A DNA stretch of 63,474 bases from assembly GCA_964390375.1 (NCBI GenBank), contig CAYMIF010000003.1:1-63474 (forward strand), written 5' to 3'. Source of the stretch: an uncultured Methanosarcinales archaeon (GTDB lineage: Archaea; Nanobdellota; Nanobdellia; Woesearchaeales; DSVV01). Below, in pieces: positions 15,001-24,000 of this stretch (the stretch's first letter is position 1; each line of letters begins with the position of its first letter). Made by a program: the position numbers and the translations under genes. The notes below the pieces were generated by a model, which saw only the letters and a list, made by a program, of their open reading frames with translations, made no database searches and was not told the origin of the DNA.

Positions 15001-18000
15001 CCTCTACTGTAAACGAACCCAAATCCTGCGGCATGGTATTGTTCGTCACATTGCAGTCCGCAGTGCCTGAGCCGTTGAATATCACGTTATCAGTAGCAAT
15101 CGGAACTCTTCCCTGGCTCCAGCATGAAGCATTTGTAAAATTCTGTGTTCCGCCCGAACAGTTCCAGTAGTTCACAAATCCTCCTGAAGCAATCTCAGCG
15201 CTTTGCTCATCTGTCCGGTTCACGTTCCCTGCCCTATCCTGCGCATATGCAGTGAATGTATATGTGCCGTCAGAAAGTCCTGTCATGTTCGCTCCGAGAT
15301 ATCTGCTGGACTGGTTCGCATACAATCCAGCGACCTCTTCTGCTGATAGTGTCCTATTGAACAACATCGCATCATCGATGGTCCCCATCGTATCGAAATT
15401 TCCGAATACGTTTGTTCCCATCCTCAGGTCTTCTGAATTTTGATAATCTTCTGTTCCAACACCAGTCGTTCTGCTGTTATAATTTGTCTCTGTACCGTTA
15501 ATATAAAGGCTTACGTTCTTTGTATCTGTATTGTATGTCATGACCACATGATACCATACCTGAACAGAGTTCCAGCTTTCTTCTGTATATGAGTATGGTA
15601 TAGCTTCAGACACAGCGATTGCATTAGTACCTGCACCAAAGTCTACTATCCCTCTGAATGCCGCCTGCTGGAAACCGACCATATTCCAATCCCACTCGAG
15701 CATCTTTTCCTCATATTTATTGAATATCACCTCTTCTTGAGAGCTTCCATCCCTTGCTGGTTTATACCATGCAGATAATGTGAAATTAGCAATAGAATCC
15801 AGGCTGTCATCGCTTCCGAAGATTACAGCATCATTATCTCCGTCAAAATAAAACCCCTTCCCGAAATATCCAGCATCTGTCTGAGCAGCATCTCCGCTGA
15901 CAGATCCATTGTTCCTTCCCATATGATCCACAACATCCCCGCTAGCGTTCAGCTCATCCATCCGCCACCATGAAACAAGCGAGTCATCCCAGTCCACGAA
16001 CACAGACACATTCGAAGTATCATTCGCAGACACATTGACAAAAACGAAGTCATCTGTTGTAGCATATCCGCTGTAAGGCTCGATTATGCTGATATTCGGG
16101 TTCACAGTATCCAGATAGAAATCCATAGGTCCAGTCTCGCCCAGGTTTCCTGCGAGATCCACTGTATATGCTTCCAGCTCATGACCTCCCTCGCTGAAGT
16201 TTGCGGTATACAGATAGCTGGTCGCATTGTAAATGCTCATCACCTCGTCTGCAGAAATGCTTCTGTTGAATATCATCACATTGTCGATTATGCCCTGGAA
16301 GTCATTCCTGGACTCTCCTCTGCTGCCGATAAAGACTCCGGATCCGTTTGTGCCGATCTCAAAAGGCGAAAAGCTTGTCGACTGGTTATAGGTGCCGTCT
16401 ATATATAATGTCATGTTTGTACCGTTGAAAGTGGCTGCTGCATGATACCACCTGTAGGTCTCTATATTCCCTCCGTCCTGCTGGATCCATCTTGTGGTCT
16501 TGGTTTGATTGGATATCAGGAACCGAAGAGTGTCTCCGCCGCCGCTGAAAGACAATGCATACAGTTCAAATGGAGCACTGAAACTAGGATATGGCCTGAT
16601 TATTAATTTCGGGAAATCATCCGGGCTTGAATATGAGGATTTTGTGTTGTAGAACCAGGCAGAAAGCGTCAGTTCTTCTGTGATATTGAAGCTCGGATCA
16701 TTGGAAACATTGATAGCATCATATGAACCGTCGAACTCAAAACCTTTCCCGAGCTTTCCTGGAACTGCCCTTGCATTGCCATGTCTTGTACCATTGTTCC
16801 TGCCCATTATATCCTGTGGGTCGCCTGAGTTGTTCAGGCTGTCCATCGTCCACCAAGAAACAAGCGAGTTCTCAAGGTTCAAAACAAGCGATCCGTTCCC
16901 TTCCTCAGATGAAGATACATTAATCACGACCATGCTTGAGTTGTACCAGCTGTCGTTCAATGGAGACTCAACATTTACTATAGGATCAGTATTGTCCCTT
17001 TCTGCGACTCTTGAGGTGATATTTATGTTTCCGGCTCGATCCTGCGCATATGCTGTAATCGTATGGTTTCCTGAAGACAGCCCAGTGATGTTCAGGTCAA
17101 GGTATTTGTCTGACTGGTTCGCATAAAGTGCAATCACCTCATCCTCAGATAATGTCCTGTTGAATATCATGACATCATCGATAGTACCATTGAAATGAGT
17201 GTCCCAGCCGTCAGTATAATGCCCGCCTGCCCCAATCTTAAGGTCATAATTGCTGTTCTTGATCTGGTTCAGCATGGCAGAATCATCTTTGAAATCACCG
17301 TCTATATATAACGATATGTTGGTTGAGTTCCAGGTTACCAGGTAGTGGTGCCAGACTTTCCTTGGGATTGACCCGACGCTGGCTGATCTTCCTGTTGTTC
17401 CGTTGCCCAGATAGAACACGACATCCTCGTCGCTCTCATGTCTCAGGAAGTATGCATAATCCGTGGCTGCCTGTCCGCTTCCTTTATATATGATGAAACA
17501 GTTTCCTGTTTCTGTTGGTGTTCCTCCGTTGCTGGAAGTGCAGTTGCCCTTGTTCTTGGCCCACAAGGATATTGTGCCCGAAAGGTTTAGGTCGAGCACA
17601 TCATTATCTGTTACTACGATACTGTCTCCGTTATCTATGAACTCAAATCCGCGCCCGAAATATCCCGCATCAGTCTGAGCAGCATCTCCGCTGACAGATC
17701 CATTATTTCTTCCCATATAATCCACAACATCGCCGGTCGAATTTAGCTCATCCATCCGCCACCAAGACACAAGCGAGCTATCCCAATCTAAAACCATGGA
17801 CACGTTCGCAGTATCATTAGCAGACACGTTCGTGACAACATAATCATCTGCAGTCACATACCTGCCGTCTGGCTCGATTATGCTGATGTTCGGGTTCACA
17901 GTATCCACGAAGAAATAATCAAATCCAGTATATCCCCAGTTGTCCGATGTATCATTGCATGAGAACACCACATTATATCCAGAATCAGGCATAGAGCTGT

Positions 18001-21000
18001 TTGTATAGTTGAACATGTACGAGCTGAACTTCTCCATAGAAACGTTCGCACCGCTGTCCACAGACATCCCGCACCAAGAGCCAGCTCGATCAATGCTGAC
18101 ATTGAATTCCATCGAGCTGTTCCCGTACCATGTCCAGTTATATGGCTTGTTGATGGTTATGCCGAGCGGACAGTTTGTCGAATAGAGCGGGTCTGGCAGG
18201 AATGTGCCTGAGCTGAGGTCTGATGAGCAGTCTGTGAACTCAAGCCTGATCACGCCGTCGTTATTTTCGCCTGTTGCATTATAAACTCCAAAAAGCATAA
18301 GATAGGTGTCATTCAATGTGATGTTTCCTCCGTTGTACCCAGTGGTTGTTATGTTCATGATACTGTATATCTCATTGCTGGCATTGGCATATACTGTGCC
18401 CCCTTCTCCAGGGTCACTGCCAGTGCCCCCTCTGTTTAGTATTGTTCCGTTGAAGCTGATGGTATCTGATGAAGTGAGGGCGATTCTCCCGCCTCCTCCT
18501 CCAGACTGGTGGCTGGCGCCCATTCCGCCCCAGTCTCCGCCTCTTGAATATAGGTCACCAGAACCGCTTATGTTCGGTGCATCGATCCATATTGACCCGC
18601 CTGACCCTTGTCCATATGCATCGTCATCCTTTGCATTCATATTTATTGTGCCTTCGATTGCAACCTCTTTGGCAGACTGAAGCCTCAAAGCAGATCCGCC
18701 TCCTTTATAGGATCTGTATATTGTGGCTCCTTTTCCTGGATTGATGGGTCGTGTCTCATTGTCGTATATTGAGTCTGAAGAAGAGCCTCCTTTTCCGCCG
18801 TGTGAAACAGCAGCAGTTGTTACGGTTGTTGGTGGAAGTCCAAGACCTGTTCCGACCATTGTAGAGCCTGATGTGATTACAATCTCTTCAGTTGCATTTA
18901 TCCATACCCCGAACCCATAGGTGGTTGTCTTATAGCAGGTCACGGTGTTCGAACTATTGAAGAAGCAATCGCTGTATATCCATGCATTATGTCCGCTTGT
19001 GTTGAACACTCCATTTACATTTATGATCAACCCTTCGCTGTGGTTTCCGCCAAGAAGTCCTATGTCGTCTGTGAGTGTCCAGTCACCAGGCCATGTGTTG
19101 TTTGTGAATGTCAGTGTTCCTGCATCAGGTCCGTTTTTGGTGTTGGCTGTAGTTCCGGCTGCGACGCTGATTGTGCCTGTAAGGTTCATTGTCGTTCCAT
19201 ACTCGAGCCTTATTCTTCCGCCACCTCCTGTTCTCCACGAGGTTCCGCCTTTTGCATATAGGTTTCCTCCTCCTTTTATCTCATCTGCCTTGAGCCAGAT
19301 AGATCCGCCTGCTCCGCCGTATGCAGTGGACCCTCCGTTCATGTCTATCTCTCCTTCGACTATAAGAAGGTCAGTCGCATGCAGCTTTATTGCTGAGCCG
19401 CCGTCATCTCCTCCTCCACCAGACCCGATAGAGGTCGGTGCTGTTGCATTTCCATAAGGCAGGGTCCAGACAGATGAGCTATCTGTAAAATGTCCCACTC
19501 CCCCATGTGTGCCTCCGCATTGGCTTGAACCATACCCCGGTCCTTCGCGTTCAGGGAATCCCAGTTTCTCTCCATCAAGCTTTGCTGAGCTTCCGATCAA
19601 GATATCTCCTGATACTGATCTCCAATCCTGGCCATGCCCTTCGCCTGAGATATTCCCTGGTTCGCTGGCACTTGATGTTACATTGTGCAGATAGTCGCTC
19701 CATATTTCCATCGTGCTGTTGATGATGGTGATATTTCCGCTAACATTCCACATCTGCGTCCCATCTCCATTTCCTGTCCAGTCGCCTTCAGCAAAGAGCG
19801 GCAGGAACCTGATTGTCCCGGCACCATAAGAGCCTTCAACCGTAAACGAACCCAAATCCTGCGGCATGGTATTGTTCGTCACATTGCAGTCTGCAGTTCC
19901 CGAGCCGTTGAAAACGACATCATCTCCGGCAAGCGGAACCCTTCCCTCGCTCCAGCATGAGCTGTCATTGAACGTCTTTGTTGCGCCATTGCAGGTCCAG
20001 TAGTTGACAATCTCTTCAGAAAGGCTGGAGTTCTCATCCCCAGTATCAGCCACATTCCCTTCCTTATCCTGAGCATATGCGATATACGTATGCTCTCCTG
20101 CGCTGAGGTTGTCGAATGTAACACCAAGGTATTTCGGACTCTGGTTCATGTAAAGAGCCGCGACCTCTTCAGCAGAAAGAGACCTGTTGAACAGCATCAC
20201 GTCATCCACCATTGCCGGATACCTGTACCCGAAATTTGCGCCTGATATGTATGTGTTTGTATCATTCAGTCCGAGTGTTATGTTATGTCCTCCTCCGGCC
20301 TCCAGCCTGCCGTCCACATATAGTGTGATGTTTGTCTCGTTGAACACTCCAACATAATGGTGCCACTCTCTCAGTGGTATTGTCTCATATGTGCACGCGC
20401 CGATATGATGCCAGGAACCAAGCGCAGTGGAGTACCCGTCGCTTGCCAAAAAGCAAGGATATCCCGGGCTGCTGCCCTTGAAGTCAAGAGCATAAAGTTC
20501 CCAGGGATTATCATTTGCAGCATCATTGCAGGGCTTGACAACAATCTTGTAATGACCGCCAGGCCATGAGTTCTTATATGCCCAGGCAGCGACAGTAAGC
20601 TGCGTCGTGAAATTCAGCGACGGAGACTTGTTTATCATGATATTGTTGCTTCCTGAGAAATTCACTGCCTTTCCTATGTATCCGTCGACCTGCACTGCAT
20701 TGCCCTGCGCCTTTCCTGAGTTGTTGTATATCGATGAGTCATAGAACGTTGCATTAGGTTCTGTCGAGTTCACCTCATCCATCCTCATCCAGAGCTTCAG
20801 CGAATTGTCAAAGTCGATGAACACAGACAGGTTGCTTGTGTCATTCGCAGAGACGTTCAGGAATATATCATCTCCTGCCTGTGTCGAGCCGTTCACAGGA
20901 GCTGTGATGAAGCTTATATTAGGCGCAGAGCTGTCTATAGTGATATCCCTGGTCTCTGTGTAATTATAGTTGCCTGAACCATCTTCTGCATATCCATAAT

Positions 21001-24000
21001 AGCTGTATGTTCCAGAATCGAGCCCATGCGTCGAGTTCTTTGTCTGGTTCACATAAAGGTACCATTGTGTTGAATTATACTTCATCAGGTTTGACATGTA
21101 CAGTTGGTTTATCTCGGCATCTGACAGCGGCCTGTCGAATACCATCAGATCATCCACTTTGCCGTCAAGGGGATTATTTGGGCTGGAATCTCTCTTCATG
21201 CCTACTGATCCAGTATCAACTCCTGTAAGATCATCGAACCATGCTGTTTTATCGACTGGTCCAGCCCAATCCACTGTCTCCTTTTTCTCACCATCGACAA
21301 ACAATGCAGGCTCAACGCCATTCTGCCTCAGGCATACGTGCAGCCATTGATTGGATGGTACGCTCTCAGTCAGGTTTATCAGGAAAAGATAATCAGATCC
21401 ATCTCTACATTCGCCGAAGATTGAACTTCCTCCATCCAAAAAGCAAAGGGAGACCTGTTGGGAATTATCTGATGCATCTCCTCCCCAGAAGATACACCCC
21501 GCTCCGTCTGTTGTGCCAGTCTTCATGGCCCATGCGCATATTGTGCCTGTCGTGTCTCCTGCATAACTCTCATCAAAAGAGACATACTGGTTGCTGCCGT
21601 CAAACATCCATGCGCCATCGTGTCTGCCATTAGCAGTATATCCTGTATCAGCATCCGGGGAAAACCCAAAGCTTCCGTTCTGTTCGCTGGCTGAAAGATC
21701 CACTATAAGTGAATCATTCTCACCCAACTCACTTCTGTTGTCAAAATTATACATAAGCACAAGAGAGCCATTATAGAACGTATGGTTTGTCCCGTCCCAG
21801 TTGAATTTCATAGTATCAAGATCAGATGTACTGACGCTGACATTTATCTCGACATTGGTTTCATTCTGGCTGTCCCCGTCATCCGGTGTAGGAGATTCGA
21901 ATTTGATCTCGCCGCTGGCACCCAGGGTAGGATCAATAACATGGTCAAACTCTATCTCGCCAGACACCCTCAGGTCGAATGTATCATTCGTCCCACTAAG
22001 TCCGCTCAGATAAACCTTATATTTTCCATCCTCGCTGACATTCTCAAAAGAAGCGAGGATATCATCATCGTCAGCAAGCAGGACATCAACCGAAGCGCTT
22101 CCATTAGACCTGGCATAGATAGTAATATCCTTATCCGAAGTAAGATTTTCTTCAAAAACAACCCTCAGGTATTCTCCATCAGAAACCTCTGTATAGTTAA
22201 AATCACGTGCTTTTACATAATCATAAACATCAGCCAGATAGCTCCTATTCGAATCAAGCAGTTCTGCTTTCGAGATATCTATTATGATCTCATATCTCTG
22301 TTCAGAGAGATGCGGAACGATCCACTCAAGATAATCCACAAGCCCGTCTGAGTCCAGATCATGCTTCCATGCCTCCACCTCTGTCCTGCTCTGTCCTTCA
22401 ACATGGTATAACTTGATGTTCTCAGCTTTTGCTTCTTTTTCCAATTCTGCATATGAGAGGACTTTCTCGAACCCCATCTCATCAGGAGCAGATACAACGA
22501 CCGTCTTCTTCCTCCCTGACATTTCGCTCACATTGATTGAAGGCCCGGGTGTTTCGTATTCAAGGACATGCAGGGAAGCGTTCAAAGAGATATTGACCTC
22601 CTTTACTTCGAAATCCTGTGCTGCAGCAGCTCTTGGAACAACATCCCTGCCCTTCTGCTTTTTTCTTTCCTCTTCTTTGAGCAGGCTGATACTCCTGACA
22701 CTGCCTCTTCTATCTCCTTCAATTTCTTCTTCGCTTTCCTCTGCCAGGGTTTTTGCTTCTGTCTTCCTCTTCTTCCTGGACACGGCCTTGATCTTCTCCT
22801 GTGCGTCTTTCTTCTCGTCTCCTTCCATGACATAGGCTTTGACTTCGCTTGCATCCCCTGGGATCACCACCATAGCATCGACTGCTTCGCTGCTTTTGAT
22901 GGTATGGCTCCATCTGACCGGCACTCCTGCGATCACATTATAGTCCTTTGCCTGCACAGAGACATTATCTGGCTCAGAAATCGAAGAATAGTTAGTGCTT
23001 GCCAGCACCAGCTCAGGCTCAGGACCGACCACAATCACGCTGAAATTCGCCAGGATAAAATTCTTTGAATCAATGACCGCGATGCTCAGGTTATAGGTTC
23101 CAGCCACAATACCGCTCTTTATGAACATCACATCTTCGCGGATGATTGCCTCAAGCCCGCCGTCTGAATAAACATCATAGAACAGCATCTCTCCTTCAGT
23201 GTCAGAAAAGCTCTCGCTTAGGTTTATCCTGGCGCTGCTGTTAATATCCATTGTGATGTCTGAAACAGATCCGTTCGGTGGTAGATTATAACTGGCATTT
23301 GACAATGTCCCATTCCCTGTGATGTTAGTCATGTTTGCAGGCCAGCTCTGGCTCATGTTCTCAGCTGACAGGTTATCCATGCTTTCATTTATGATGCTTT
23401 GGTTCCCGATTGTCTTGTTCAGCATTGTCTCATTGATAAAAGTCTGGTTCACGAAGCTTTCATTGATAATAGTCTCATCGATAGCTGTCTCATTGATGCC
23501 GGTCTCATTGATATAGCTTTCATTGACAGCTGTCTCATTGAAAACAATCTCATCGACAACACTCTCGTTTTTCAGGCTCTCATTGAGTATGCTCTCATTA
23601 ATACCACTCTCATTGGCTGTCTTATCATCGATTCCAGTATCATTCACAATACTTTCATTGCCGGTAGTCACATTTATGAAACTGAGATTATCAACGCTTG
23701 CGTTCTCAAGGCTTATGTTGCTGATCGTCTGATTTTCAAAGCTCAGATTCTCGATTGTATCATTCCCTGTTTTCAGGTTCAGTGCAGGCGATTCCCCGGA
23801 TGTTAGATTGCCAAGACTGTCATTCACATCCTTCCAGGCATTCGAAAGATTAGCAGAGATTTGGTCAGTCATATTGGCAGCTGTGATATTGTCTATGCTG
23901 TCATTCTCCCAACTCACATTATCCTTGCTTCCATCATCGTCCTGCTCATAATCAATCTTTGTCTGATTTCCTGCACCCTCATCGGCTGAAGTTTTGTTTA

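Noticed and set aside
12954-18196. Possible DGR template/variable repeat pair
   Set aside because: The mismatches (A/T, A/C, G/T, G/A, C/A) are not adenine-specific on either strand, and no reverse transcriptase is in the window.
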